Assembly: GCA_002633005.1 (NCBI GenBank)
Contig: NMRA01000053.1
Coordinates: forward strand, 382,131-446,130
Reading direction: 5' to 3'
Length of the DNA stretch: 64,000 nt
Origin: Phoronis australis
Taxonomy: Eukaryota; Animalia; Phoronida
The position numbers were made by a program, and so were the translations under genes. Numbering within the stretch: position 1 is the stretch's first letter; each line of letters begins with the position of its first letter. Of this stretch, positions 12,101 through 25,701 are shown one piece after another. Under the pieces are notes generated by a model. The model was not told the origin of the DNA and did no database searches. It saw only the letters and a list, made by a program, of their open reading frames with translations.

Positions 12101-15100
12101 AAACTGTTATCTTATAAATGTAGCAACGGCTTCCCTTGACGTTTGTACGGCTTTGACTACTGCTGCAACCCTAGTAGGATTTTTTTTTTACGTTTACCTC
12201 TGTATATTCATAGTTCTCTGCCTTTTTTAAAGAAATTTGGCAAACAAATTTTCATTGTGAAGACAACTAGCTTTATCTGTGATAGTATTTCCTAAACGCC
12301 CTTGCAAGATCTTTTGGAAGTTTGGCAAGTGTGTTATTATTAACTTAAGAATAAATGGACAGGCCGGAATACCTCTTGACCTCCTAATGACATTTTGTTT
12401 TTTCATGTTGGCCTCACCTTTGTAATTGATGACTGATTTTCATGAAATTTTGCGAATAGCTTTCTGTTTAGGTAATGACAACACCTTCCCATTTTCAGAC
12501 ATAGCCAATGTATTCTGTGCCTTCTAATAGCCATTTTTATTATAAACAACCCTAGAAGCACACCGTTTTCGGTGCAATTGTGGGTGCATTTCAACACTCC
12601 ATGTTATAGCTGTTAAAATAATTATTTTAGTTGTAGTTGGATTTTTCGAGTTCTTCTAATTTATTAGTTGTCCTGCATAATAATTGACATTTTCAAAAGT
12701 GTACCAAACGTAAGGTAAAATGCCTGACGTATGCTTTTTAATTTTTTTAATACCATATATTACTTAGACAATCAACATATGTGGAACTACCTTACATGAG
12801 TGGGAAGGGTCTGCCAAACAATATTACCTTGTGTGCTTTTGAAAATGTCAGTTCTGAATGATCCTTTATTGTGAATGAAAACGTTTGTGACTAACTGTTG
12901 CTTAGGCGTCATTAAGCAAGACGTATAGGTTTTCTGCTGTAGTAGGCTCGTCATTTCTGAACGCTTCATCTCGCACTCTAGCTATCTCCGCGAGCACCCA
13001 TGCCCGTAGACCCAGCTTTTGGCTATCCTATTTTGTTGCAAGACGCTGAGCCAGCGTCAATGCTCGTCAACGACTATATGAACATGGCCGGCGTAAGTTA
13101 TGATCAAAGTTGGTCATGTATCACCACTTATCTGTGCTGTGGTTGCTGTTGCGTTGCATTGTGTGCCTTTTGTCTCTCGTTTGCAGTTGTGCCGCGTGAT
13201 GTTATTGAAAAAGAAAACAAATTTCCTTTTCGCAAAAAATTGTGTATGTCTCAACAACGGTTGTCCCCAATGTCTCTGTTTCAATAATTCCCATTGTTGA
13301 ACTTGAGTTGACCATCCCTATGAGTGAGTTGGACTGTTGTCATGGATATTGGAACCAGTGGTCTGCTCGTGTTTCTTTTTGTTCGTTTGATTTTCCTTGA
13401 ACATTTAGTTTGCCAGTTCCGGTACTCAGTGGTCACAATCTCTCAAGATAAATATGCCAACAAAAGAATCTCAATATCAGGACAAGTTAAATCTTCTCTG
13501 CTGATAATTACAAAGTTTTAACTTTGATCTTGTTTTCTTAGGTTTTCACAGAGCTTCTCTACCTTAAGTAGATTCTGTGGCTGTGGCTCTTTTAATCATT
13601 TGCAAACTGAAACAACTTTATTATTGTAAATATTTCCCAGTTTGGCACAGTTTCTTAAATCTGGAAAATGAAATTCATGCCAAAGTTGAATGTTCTTGAT
13701 TCTAAAATTTGGTACATGGGCAGTTTCATCATTCGTTATATTTCTGAAGTATCCAACAGTTGCGTTTTGTTTAAAAAAGTCTGAAATAATATGTTGCAAT
13801 TAGCTGATGACAACAGAGTTCAGAATAAGTAATGTTGCAATCTTTCTCATAATTCTTGGCTGTGGAATGTCCAATATTGCCTAGTTCTATAATTTGGGAC
13901 AAGCTCCAGCCTTGAGCAAAATAATTGCTTTTTCATTGTCCCCAACTATATAATACTGTATATTTATTTATTTCTGCTGGTCAGACTTGACCTGTCCACT
14001 GCCAAATTAAACGACATCCCATGTCCAGTATGTGCACTCTTTGTATTCCAGCAAGCCTCAGACGTTGATGTTCACGATGAAGACACAATACCCTCCATTA
14101 CTGTCAAGGTAATTCTTTTTGATTGTTCAGAGGAAAGCGAAGTTTTTACCAGTGTTTGTTGACCAGCTCTAAATGTTTTTTTTTGTAAAAATTTTATTAA
14201 TACTTTAACACAGCGTCTATTCATCTCATCTGAGTTTCAGCTATATACCTCTGGTCGAGATGGATGGTTTGTATATTTGTTATTATAAGGTATAAAATAG
14301 TAAAATGACATAAAATCAAATATTACGGTCAGTACTTATATTTTAAAAAGCTACCAATGTTTTTACAGGCTGTTACATTATTTAATTTGTTGCATCTCTG
14401 TGTGCCATCCGCATTTTGTCTCATTCCACATGAGGAAGGGCTTGTTCCCGTAAGAAATGCAATTTTTAAAATAAATATACTGAATGTAAGCATCTTTTGA
14501 GCGTGCTTCAATTTTTAACTTTTATTTCGTTCGGTATCGGTCTTAGTCGCCTTGTGTCGTGTGTTTAATGCTCAACTTCTTGTTACATGTTTTTAGTAAG
14601 AAACTATATGAAAAAGAGTGGTTTGTAATTCTGAACACAAGAAGTTGTGAAATTATTGCTTGTTTAATGCTTGAACTTGTTCTCTTCATTTCCACAGATA
14701 CAAGTAAAGTCCAGGACATTGGTTAACAATGTCAGACTCACCATAAACGTGCCTTCCCCGTTAACAGCCAATCAAAAACTGTTTACATTCCCTGTTGTAG
14801 GTAAGTCAAGGCTGCCATATTCTAACGAGTTACAGTTAGGTCTGTGAAAATTTTTTTCTGTGGTTCACGGAGAATGATAGCTTGAGAATGTTAATGTCTC
14901 GATTTTAGACTTTGGACTTTGCATTTCAAGCATAAGTCATGACCCCATGATAATATGATAATGTGTGCTCTCTATTTTTTTTTAATTGACCACCCATTTA
15001 ATGGCTAATCATTGCCGTGTGATTTGGCCAAAATAATCTGGAGAATTTTCATGGTATTTTTTTAATTCTGCATATTGCACTATGTATTACAGACTCCAAC

Positions 15101-16377
15101 CGTCCAGTTGAAGTGTTTGTGTCATTTTACCTCCAGACAGCAGCATTACCTGCTCAGTTGACAGCAGATTTAGTCGCTTTGTACACAAGTTCTTCAGGTG
15201 AGATAGAACAGTCGGTATGCAACTCTTGTAATGTGAAAGATATTGGCTGTGTAAGTTAAATAGAGAATCCTACATGAGTCTCAGGTTTATGACATAGGCA
15301 AAACCTCTTGGAATTTGCCACTGAAGATGGGTCCGTTTAAGAAGTTGTTTGCATGTCCTTCCCACTGGGAGTACGTACAGTTGCAACACACGATTTGTCA
15401 ATTATAACCTCGTCACCTCGGAATTCCAGCATTGTTTGGTGGGCGCGCGTTTGGTTGTTTCAATGTTTTGCAGACGATAAAATGTGAGGCGTATGGATTT
15501 CTACTTTGCACTACTTTATGATTCGCCCATGTAATATTAAAAAAATCCGTTCTTGGTGTTATTAACCAGTCGGAGGCAGTGTGGCCTAGTTGATAAGTGC
15601 CCGCTTTCTTTACTCGAGATCGTGGGTTCAAGTCCCACCAGGTCACACTGCTAAACCCTTGAGCCAGGTTTCTAGCTCCTCAGTTCGGTTTTAACCATAT
15701 ATCAATAAAGCATAAAAATATTTCCAGGTGATCAGTGCAATGGGCCCACATGCGAGGCCTGCACATGTCTGGTACAACGTGTATCAGACCGCCTGCAAGT
15801 ATTTTTTTTATTAACCAGTCGTGTCGTAACACATTCCAGGTCATGTGAGAAACTATATTTCTTTTCTTTTGGTGTTTCAATGCCCGATGAAAACTGAATT
15901 ATTTGACTACTATTCCTGCACAATTACTGTTACGCTATACAGTGCCTTGTTGCCATTTCATGTGCCCTAAAGTGATTATATAGTGTAGCATCAGGCAAAT
16001 TTCTGATTCTAGGAACTGAATCGAGCCAAAGTGTTCAAAAGTTATGGTATATGGAAAAGGAACTATAATTGTTTTTTATGACCTTTTGTTAATTTCCTGC
16101 CAAGTGAATGCGCTAGTCACGACACGCCCATGTGCGCTAGTCACGACATGCCCATGTGCTAGTCACGACACGCCCATGTGCTAGTCACGACACGCCCATG
16201 TGCTAGTCACGACACGCCCATGTGCTAGTCACGACACGCCCATGTGCTAGTCACGACACGCCCATGTGCTAGTCACGACACGCCCATGTGCTAGTCACGA
16301 CACGCCCATGTACTGCCCAAAAATATACCTAACACTTTACAGTCGTGCACAAAATGTTATATCTGTTTTCATTATTT

Positions 16378-16411
<34 letters not shown>

Positions 16412-19400
16412 ATTTAAAGTTATCAGTGACACTTTACAGCACTAGACACGACATTAAAAAACAAAAGTTGTAGGCAAAGGCAATACAAATAATTAATGTT
16501 TGTACCAGTGACTATTACATTAAAATCCGTTATATGCGAAAGTATCAAAGCGAAGCTCGAGCTCAAATATATTTGAATATCACGAATCAACTTTTTTAAA
16601 TATTAGCATACCCCCATAAATTGCTTTCGCATTACATCCAGGTTCTCATTCACACCCTTGCAATACATTCACTAGTAAGACCCAGCTCGGATAAGCAGGA
16701 GACACCTTTGTACAATGCTGGATTGTCAGGCAGTAAAGCCAGGATTTGAACCAAGGTCTCCCAAGCGGCAGTCATAAGCTCAAACCACTGTGCCACACTG
16801 TCTCCGCTGATACAAACATTGTAAATAATATATTGTACGTAGATAACTAGCACTCCATTTTCTGCAGTTTTTGTTGCAATCCGATAGTTCTTACTTATGT
16901 ACACAAGCTAGATATCAAAATTATGTTTTCGTTTTTTCAGGTGCACCTCGTGTCACGGAGGCGAAGGTTGTACTGCCCTTGAGGCTTGTGATGAAGCCAT
17001 GCATGCCAGTCAAGTCGGCTACTCACAAACTGACCATCGACACAAACAAGTCACCTGTCAACTTGAACGACTTATTTCCAGGTGCTGGACCTTATCCGAA
17101 ACCCTTTGAACTAAATTTAAGTTCAATGCACAGAGTTGCAAATCATCTGAGTTGATTTTCATTTTGGGATACTATAGTCATCGTTTCTCAAAACAAAGTT
17201 TTTATAATGGCTAGTGGGGGCAGCAAAAATGCTGGATAGTATCACCTGTATCTTGGTTATGTAAGAAATGAAAGTTCAGCTTTGGTGCTGCATAACACAA
17301 CTTTCCTGTGTAAGAAACCTTTGGTTTATGCAGCTGTTTTTGTAACAGAAAAAGTAATACCTCTATATTATCAGTGACTATGAATCTCTTACCTAGAATT
17401 AGCATACCATATTTGTTCTCTTGGGATTTGTCCAATCTTTTGGCCCGTGATTCATTGTGTACTTCCCTTTTTCAGAGTTGCTAGGTGAGAATGCTGGGGG
17501 TCCTGGTAACGCATTAGGATTCCAGTATTTCGGTGGACCAGTGGTAACCCTGTTGGCATCAAAGTCATCGCGTAAGTTTCAGTCATGGACAATTTGATTT
17601 CTGAATCGCCTTTTATAAATTAAATGAAAACCAAAAATTGTCCCATTACCTGGTCTTTGTTTTTATATGCAGGTGTCTTTGGGGTAGGAAAGCATTTATG
17701 ACTGGCTTAAGTACCATTAGTGTCTCTTCATGAAAAAATGTAGTTTAGGCTATTTATGTCAGTATCTCTGTGGTAACCGATGTTTGGGTATGAGTTGCAC
17801 ACTCCAGAAATATGTGTCAGTGATTTGTATGGTAAAGGACCAGCGCAAACTTTGGCTAAAGAATGTTATTTGTCTCCGCCACTGTGATGTGTGATGCCCT
17901 TAGTCATTGACTTAAAAGTACTGAATGTTTTAGCATTTAAAATAAATTGTGTGAAGTCTATTTTCATGGTGTCAATTGTAGTCCCTGTTTCAGTGAAATG
18001 TGTTGCCTTGAACAAGAAAATAAAGTGCTGTCACTGATCAGGATACTCAGTTAAAGAAAGTCTGCAGTAAAAATATAACAAAATTAAATTTAAAAATTAG
18101 TTCCTTCTGTTGAGCCTGTTGACCAGTGGTCGTGTGACTTGTGTTGATATTCTGCGATCACTGTTGCAGAGCGGTACCGACTTCAGTGTGATAGGTTTGA
18201 GGCCATGTGGTTGCTGACCTCTGACCTGATATGCCGGCTGGAGAAACATTACAGCAAGCAAGACTTCAAGGCATCCTTTGCTGGACCCCTGCCGCTCAAT
18301 GAGTACTACGAGGTCATTGAAAACCACTTTCAGGTACTCAGCACTTTAAACATTAATTAAATGTACAGCGCTGTACTGCACTGTATGTAATGCCATTGCT
18401 AGTCTCTGATCTAAAGGTTGTTTGCCTGCTTGTTTAAGACTCTCTTCAACGGCATGTGTGTACTTTTCCAGTGGGTACTCGCTGGAATATTGATAAAGAA
18501 TTGAAATCAAATTTTACCCGTGGTATCAAATGTATTGTTTTCTATATACTTGAGAATCTTACCTGTTCGCTTGTTGCATTGAATATATACTCATTCATTT
18601 GTTGCATTAAGTATCTATTTATCGCTGCAAAAGTGGGTGGACAACAACCAGACCAGATTACGTGTCATTTATCAAACACAAAATCCATGACATCATATAG
18701 ATTTCATCTTTTTGTCGAAACATTACAAATTACCCGTGAAACGTTTGACAACTGATCGTCACTGGTGTCTTCATAACTTTGTATTGTGCTGTAGTCAGGT
18801 GAATTTTGTGTGCCCACCTCATCTCTGTTCATGTTACCACATTTAAATTGGATTTAGATGTTCCCCAACCTTGCACTCGGAATCTGATATTTCCCATCTA
18901 TTACAAAATTACTGCCCCGTCCAATTAGATGATTTTCTTTTACGGCGTGGTCTGTCACTGCCGACTTGTGAAATTTTAATTGAGAAGTAGCTTTGCCAGA
19001 TAGAGTGGAACGTTTATCAGTACATGGCCAAAGTAATCAGACACATTACCATGTCCTCGTCACCATGGTAATGACTCACCATGATAGGTCATTCTAGCTA
19101 CTCTCTGATAATTAATTGCATTTGTACACAGTTATCATGACTGGGAATTCTTGGTCATTTATGTGATAATTTTTGGCATCTATTTTACATGTTACTGTCT
19201 CTATGTCGTCTTGTTTTTTTTCTGAGACTGTGCCTGAAATTTCATGAGGTTTCATCAATGTAACTGGCTGAACATGTAGTTTTGTATTTTTGAAAGGGTA
19301 GGTGAAATCTGTTATTATTCAAGCACCATGAAGGTATTGTCTTAAGTGTGATTTGTGTTGTTTCTAGTTCCGTCTGCACAATGACAAATACAAGGAGCTG

Positions 19401-22309
19401 TTGGCACAGCGTGCTACTCAATTCCGAGCCATACAGCGCCGCCTTTTGACTAGGTTCAAAGACAAGACCCCAGCTCCACTGGCCAACCTAGACACACTAC
19501 TGGATGGGACATTCAGACAGGTACATGCTGTGCATTAGACATCAATGAATGTACAAGACTTAACTTGGTTTGGCATAATTTATACTTGTCTAAATTTTAG
19601 GGCAGGGAGCGTAGTAAAAGTTAAGTCCAGCAACACATTTTATTTTTGGCCAAGGACTAAAGACTGTCGCGGTCAAGCATATCTGTTGTGACATGCTAAT
19701 TAGTTTTGTTTGTTTGGATGTTTCAATGAAACTAGATTAGTTATGCTGAAGGGTTGCCTTGGTGGCGCATGGTTACCTAATTGTATATTAATATATACCT
19801 CAGCGTTATTTTGCCAATGGCATTTTCAAGAAAGTGCCATTTGTCCATTATTGTAATTCTGATATTATTCGCTGCAGTCATCATTCGTACTCCATTGTGA
19901 TAATTTTACAATTTTTCAGCTTCTCGCCCTAGCTGATGCATCTGAAGAGAACAAACGGGCGCAAGAGCGTGCTGCTAGTGACCTTGGCTGTTGTACTCGT
20001 TTGCTTTGCTTGCTAGTGAAACTCTGGGCCAACATTAGTGATCAAGAAGTGTCTGTATTGGAGAGTACGCTGTCACCGTGTGTTACTGAGGGATCTGAGC
20101 AGGTGAGAAACGAGTGGCGGATATCAAGTTCCTAGGCAACGGCAGTTTGTTACAGTTTCTGTGGCCTTGTACGTGTGGTGCACCTCGTGTACTCAGATAA
20201 TGATAGCTTGTAGGAGTTGTGAAGCTAGTGGTCCAGACGATGTGTACCAGGACAATGACAGTTTGTGGCGCATACGATAGCATGCTTTTAAGGAACAGAG
20301 CACTACAGTTATTGTGAAAATGGGAAAAAGCAAGCTCATGGGTGCCTTAATTACACAAAATTTACTGCTATCTCCCAGGGCTTTCGAGAAGTTTGTATGG
20401 TGAATTTTGTTACATCTGAATGAAGTTTCATTACATGTTGACTGATGTGATATATACAACAAATCAGTTAAGGGCTGGGTAAATAGTCTACCCAGTTGAT
20501 ACATAGTGATAAGTTATTCATGCAAATGTTGGAATGGAATGTGTGGCATGAGCTTTCTTCCCTCGCATAACCTCAGATTTTTTCCTGCCCTGTTGCCACT
20601 GTGTGTTTAAAGAGGCTGTATACTCGCCTTCTGCCGCATCAAACTAACCTTTGATTTAGACCATTTATCATTGTGAAATTGGTATCAAATTGTTATTTAG
20701 TAAAATTAAAGAGGACTTGTTGCTTTGGAAAAATTAGAGTTTGTCATTGCTCGATACCAGGCTGTACAAGTTGGCTTGTCATGGCGTGTTGTTTCACACA
20801 AGTTGAGTGATGTAAATTAAAAGTCAGTTTCTTTGAAAGAACGCCAGATTATTGACACTAGTGTTTGAATGTGACCAGACAAAGTAAAGAGTTTATCAAA
20901 TTGCTCAATTAGTGATGTACTTAATGTGTCTAGTCACTGCTTTATGTTCATTTAACTCTCATCAACATGAACGTAATTAATTACCACAGGGCTGGGAGGA
21001 AATGGTGGGCATGTCAATCACACACCTGCTGAGGACTACCCTGTCCAAGAATGCCAAGGACCAGCAGGTGAACCCCGCCCCTCTGGCCATGGCCAAGGAC
21101 ACAGTCAAACTCAAGAAGCACATTGCCCTTCTCTTTGAGAGACTTGGCAAGGGGGCAAAACTTGTCACTCCAGACTCCAACGGTGAGAGATGACTATTGT
21201 TACTGGTTTTTTATGGCTCATTTTAATTTTGAAATTAATGAAAAATGAGGATGTATGGTTTTAAGAACTTACGTCTTGCTAAACCCGCTGTACATTTAGG
21301 CATACAAAATGTTTTGTTACAACTTTCTGTCAATGATTGCCTAAAATGCTTTGAACATTATTTTGTTTTATTATTTGTCACATCTTCGTTTATTATCAGA
21401 ACGTCTTGTCACAAAGCTTCACAAAGTCCCGAGCCACCTACTGCATGAATTTTTGGTCTTGTCTCAAAGTATTTGTTCTGTTGTGTTACAAACTCTCCTC
21501 ATGTCCCAGACACACCATCAGCTGCGGGTGCCACCGCTGCTGCTACCAGTAAAAAGCCCATCCAACGTTACGACTCTCAGGCGGAATTCTCAAGCACGTC
21601 CCTGGGTGAGGCCGAAGTGCCGACAGGCAGCAAGTTTGGGGAGAAGAAGAGCCCGCGCCAGGCCAATAACAACAACCTACCACCCCTCGGGGGTGGTGCC
21701 ACCAAACTGGCACCTCTAGCAGGTGGATCATCACTGCCGCCGTTGAGTGGGGGAGGTGAGCATGACTGTTGGTTATGTCATTAACTGGTGTTAAAGTCTC
21801 GTGTGACGCTAATTAGATCAATTTGAAATAGCAAGATTCAAAATGGAGTAAATCGAACCTATTTCTTAAAGTGACTTATGGCAATAATTAGGTCTAGTCA
21901 AATACTAGAAGAAAAATCAAAATGGCATCTGATTAAGTGCATGGACTCAGCTTGGTTCAAAGTGTATTGGTTTGAAATAAGAAATGCAGAGTTAGCGTTT
22001 TAAAAACACTAAAAACTAAGACAGAAGTGGAGTTTTTGAAAGATAATTTTGGCCGGTGTGTGTGTGTAAACTGCTGGTGTTGGGAATGGCAGGCTAGTTT
22101 TGATTTAGCACAGTATTTTGGATATAAGCAGCACGAACATTCTATGAAATTGTTTTTCATTAAATCAAATTGCAGTGAATGACGTCCTAAAGAAGAAACG
22201 GAACATCGAAAGTAGCATTCCCGACTTGGATGAACTGACCACTAATGGAGACAGCTACCACCCTTTGTTGGCAAATGGTCACGGGAAGGATGATGTAATG
22301 GAGGTCTAG
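3135..22309 (+). CDS. BBS9: BBSome core subunit BBS9 (PTHB1). Coding exons: 3135-3246, 4089-4248, 5073-5251, 5999-6173, 7211-7289, 8061-8145, 8449-8544, 9239-9368, 10091-10272, 11159-11235, 14052-14108, 14698-14800, 15093-15197, 16941-17081, 17476-17571, 18170-18333, 19368-19520, 19920-20102, 20990-21182, 21510-21755, 22176-22309 (2850 nt, 949 aa)
   Basis: Spliced translation starts MSLFKAREWWSTTVGEEEEFDLGCLCVANIDN and includes LHLAVLHSRKL, IYQDVTLKWAAQL, HKLTIDTNKSPV and QFRAIQRRLLTRFKDKTPAPL, all recognisable as BBS9. All introns are GT-AG and phases are compatible. The last two exons are low-complexity and less certain. Confidence 0.96.
6558..6808 (+). repeat. Compound minisatellite: 22-bp units ACTGCGTTATATCCCTGTCAAT that change to 41-bp units containing the same core
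   Basis: Periodicities of 22 and 41 bp read directly from the sequence. Confidence 0.9.
7849..7985 (+). ncRNA. Dispersed repeat carrying a minimal type-I hammerhead ribozyme motif (Penelope-like element type), copy 1, in BBS9 intron 5
   Basis: CTGATGA (7879-7885), extra T, stem II GTCT/AGAC, GAAA (7902-7905), then palindromic AACGTT. A near-identical copy lies at 35346-35480 on the minus strand. Confidence 0.6.
11457..12614 (+). mobile_element. Helentron/HINE-like non-autonomous element with an internal degenerate tandem array (copy 1)
   Basis: 5' palindrome GCGCCCGCATATTATATGCGGGTGC, internal repeats ending in CCTAGTGGC-like motifs, and 3' GTGGGTGCATTTCAAC. Both ends are shared with 47112-48801. 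Confidence 0.6.
12982..13092 (+). CDS. Candidate alternative cassette exon of BBS9 (LSPRAPMPVDPAFGYPILLQDAEPASMLVNDYMNMAG)
   Basis: 111 nt, stop-free, flanked by CTCTAG| and |GTAAGT. Phase 0/0 matches flanking exons 11159-11235 and 14052-14108. More GC-rich than the surrounding intron. Confidence 0.45.
15573..15807 (+). mobile_element. tRNA-derived SINE with a 14-bp target-site duplication
   Basis: A box TGGCCTAGTTG and B box GGTTCAAGTCC; flanked by TTATTAACCAGTCG at 15559-15572 and 15808-15821. A second copy is at 45477. Confidence 0.85.
16112..16311 (+). repeat. Minisatellite (GCTAGTCACGACACGCCCATGT), about 9 copies
   Basis: Near-perfect 22-bp tandem units. Confidence 0.95.
16651..16805 (-). 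mobile_element. tRNA-derived SINE fragment (different body sequence)
   Basis: Minus strand reads GGAGACAGTGTGGCACAGTGG...GGTTCAAATCC (A and B boxes); no complete cloverleaf. Confidence 0.55.
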
Positions 22310-22991
22310 ACCATAGATCCCTGTTGTCCGTCTGGTGATAGATTATCAAGTTCTCTTATGTTTTTCCATATGAAAATATGCCGATTGTTTACATTTTACA
22401 ATTGATTTTCATATTTGAGCCAAACGGTTGCTACTTAGTAAAATTGGGTTGGATGAAGTTTTCCATGATGAGAATTTTCTGGTAACCTTTCTTGCATTTC
22501 AATAGAATTTTTTTGACATTTTTCTTTAGATTGAAATGAAAACTTGAGAATCATAGGATTGGCCATTTTCTCCTGAGATTTACTTCGATTGATGTACACT
22601 GACACTGTGTGGTAATCTCGCCTATTTAAGACACAGTATGACGAATTTTATGAATTTTTCTTCATAAAAATAAGTAACACCGAGTATCAAATTTCCATGG
22701 CATCGCTATCATTAGACAGAAACTGGTCATTTGCGACAGTGTTGAAAAGGCTTTGTAATAATGGAAAAAGGTCAGTTTTGACAATAATTTTTGTCTGAAT
22801 TTGAAACATTTTAGATTTTTAGGTTACTAAAATGCCTAATTGTTCAGTCCAATTTAAAGTCACTAAACCTTAGCTCTTGAGAGGCTTACTTTACTTGGAC
22901 TAATGTATGTTTCTTTCTTAAATGTCACTTATTTGGGTCGTTTGGAAAATTTAAATGCACTAAAACTTGCATTGGTTATCAAAGTTACTTG

Positions 22992-23563
22992 GGGCTGTTC
23001 CAGCAAAATCTGTGTGGGAGGGGGGGAAGGCAACTGGAATAAAAATTTATGGGTGGTTGCGTTTGATTTAAATTCAAAATGGCTGGTGGTCGTACTTCAA
23101 AAAAATAAAAATTTACAGGTCGTTGTTGTTTCGTAGGTTCATAAATGTTTGATGGTGGGTAATTTTAGTAAATTTTATTAACAATCCGTATAGAATCAAA
23201 AACTGAAACAAAAATGCAACTTGCAAAAAGCTCCGACTTTTTCACTCCCTCCGATCTTCTCATCGGCATGCCCATAACACCATTTAACCACAAGTGCTCG
23301 AATTTCTTGATGGCTAATAACCGTATATAAGAAACATATGTTTTCGTAGTAATGAATGACGTTAGTGGTGATGGAGGAACAGATAAACTTAAGTGCCTGT
23401 GCAGTCAACCACAAGAACAAAAAAAATTTACGGGTGGTTGCATTTCAAACTTATAAAAAATTACGGGTGGTAGGCTGAAGAAATAAATGAAAAATATGGG
23501 CGGTGGGTGCAAAAAAAGGGTGCCTTCCCCCCCCCTCCCATACAGATTTTACTGGAACAGCCC
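22992..23563. mobile_element. MITE with about 42-bp terminal inverted repeats in the putative BBS9 3' UTR
   Basis: GGGCTGTTCCAGCAAAATCTGTGTGGGAGGGGGGGAAGGCA at the left end and TGCCTTCCCCCCCCCTCCCATACAGATTTTACTGGAACAGCCC at the right end, followed by TTAA. Internal AAAATTTACGGGTGGT repeats. Confidence 0.85.
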
Positions 23564-24904
23564 TTAACTGTGACCGTAGTTCCGCAGAAAATTCTTCTAG
23601 TCGTGCACACAGCCATCCAGAGAAGTGAGATTTTGTTTTACAAAATCTGTTGATCAGCAGAGGTCCAACTTGTGCGAGTTTTACTGCTATTGTTTTTCTG
23701 TGCGTTTGTTGGAGTGCTCTCAAGATCTCAGTTGACGTGATTTTAGGGCTTCACTGTGTCTAACAGGGCCTAGTTATTTGTATATAAATATGAATCAAGA
23801 AAGTGTGTTAATTGTAATTAACAAGAAGTTATCAAGTTTATTTTGTTATGTGTAATTTATCGTCTGTTATGTAAATAATATTAATGTTCATATCCAATAG
23901 CAATTTGGTGATTTATGTGTTCATTACTCAATTGTATAGTGTTGTTTCTAAAACTACCATTCTTGAAGTGTCGACAAACGCATATTTTAGTCTCAAGTAA
24001 AAGAAAGACCTTCCTTTGGTTTCCTTTTAGCACTTAATAGACATAATTGCATTCAAGAGTACTTAATGCAGCCCATTCATCTTACTGAGCTATTCATTCT
24101 TTATTTTTATTTGCAATTATATGTTTTAACTCACCAGTGTAATTTCATAATTTTCCCCATGTTTTACCGCTACATGTCTTTGATTGTTAACGAGTTCATC
24201 GTGTTGCAATCGCACATGTGTTTAACTATAGTCGAACAGTAGTATTTATTTTCGCTGCTAAGAAATAGATGCAGTGCATCATTTTTTCGAAAGTTTTCTC
24301 ACGTACTTCACAACGCTTGGTTATTTGCTTTTAATCGAGTAAATGGGAGAGAGGCAATCACTTGAGTGTTCACTATGATGTTACGACTGTTGACAATGTT
24401 TGACCAGAGGGTTGGAATAAGTATATGTTGTGTGTGAAGATACGAATTGGGCATAATTATTAGCTTATAAGGCAATTCCATGTCCAAAGTTGCTTTTCGA
24501 ATTTTGAGTTCACTTTTTGATTACAATTTTCATATTTCTTTTAACATACTGGTCAATGTACTTACTGCAATTGATCCAAGTTATGCGTGCAGTGTTTCTG
24601 ATTTTCTGATTTTTCTTTGTGAAATGTCTGATTTTATGTCAGAGTGCCGTCCTTGTTATCCTATGTTGTTTTTTGATAGTCTCGTTAAAGTTGCTGTGTC
24701 ATGCAAATTCACGGAGTATTCATAATACACAATAGACTTATTGATTTAGCATGATTACCCAAATCAATGAACATTTTAAACTTTGACCCCAGGTCGTGTT
24801 AACAAAAATTAATTGGTCTGATCTGATTTGCATATTCTCAGATTGAAGGGGCGTGGTCCAGAATCTTTAACGAAGGATGTATTGTCATGAATGATGTTAA
24901 TCAG

Positions 24905-24910
24905 AATAAA
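24905..24910 (+). terminator. Candidate BBS9 polyadenylation signal AATAAA
   Basis: AATAAA followed by T-rich sequence, about 2.6 kb after the stop codon. Position only; no transcript evidence. Confidence 0.35.
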
Positions 24911-25695
24911 ACTTTGCTTTTGACTTAAACATACAGTTTTTATATTACTTTTAACTTATATTCTATCAAGCTCCACATGTGCTTGCTCATTGAGGAGACC
25001 CCAAAATGTGATAATGACTTTGACTTCACCTCAGTCATCATATTTTGGGAATGACAATCACTGCAATGTATTTAGTGGGTTAAAACAAACAAACTGTGCT
25101 CTAAGCATGGGTCGAGCTTTAGTAAAAGCTTGTTAGCTTATAAGTAGTCACAGAACTGGCTTCATGAAGGTAGTCCCCAAACACAGTCCTAGCTTGTTTG
25201 CATGTTGCAACACAGTCCTGTATGAATTACTGCTTCGGGAAAATATTTTTGTCGACGAAAAGAGGTTGTGCAATATAACGTTGATTAATTACAATTACTG
25301 GTGACATTTAAATATTTATGCAACTTTTGTCACTTCTGTTTTGCCTCAGAAATATAAATATGATGGGGGGGGGTTGATTACAAATTGTATTGAACTGCAA
25401 GCAGACACTCGCTGCCACATAATAAGTAAAATACTGAAAAATTGAATTATTCCATTCAGTAATTGGGTACCTCATTTCAACATCAGATGTAAAAATGAAC
25501 CACACTGTCTACTTGGCAGTCCTGGATATTTTGCAATTTGGTATTGACTAATAAGTATGAAGAATTCAGAGGTAACAACAATGTGAATTATCAAAAACTT
25601 ACAAGATGGAGCAACGAGAATCTGAAGAAATGCCAACAAAAATATTGAAATTTGATCAAATTCAAAAGCAAATGAATGGCTTAAATTATGTGAAC

Positions 25696-25701
25696 TTTAT
25701 T
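25696..25701 (-). terminator. Candidate RAB3GAP1 polyadenylation signal AATAAA
   Basis: TTTATT on the plus strand, about 1.15 kb past the RAB3GAP1 stop codon. Confidence 0.35.

Noticed and set aside
15573-15650. tRNA gene (also near 45477 and 16805)
   Set aside because: A and B boxes are present but there is no complete cloverleaf. The first copy has a shared body and a target-site duplication, which indicates a SINE.
17082-17087. Weak donors GTGCTG (BBS9) and GTCCGA (RAB3GAP1, 29241) as possible minor-class introns
   Set aside because: They lack the U12 consensus RTATCCTT and are ordinary weak GT-AG sites.
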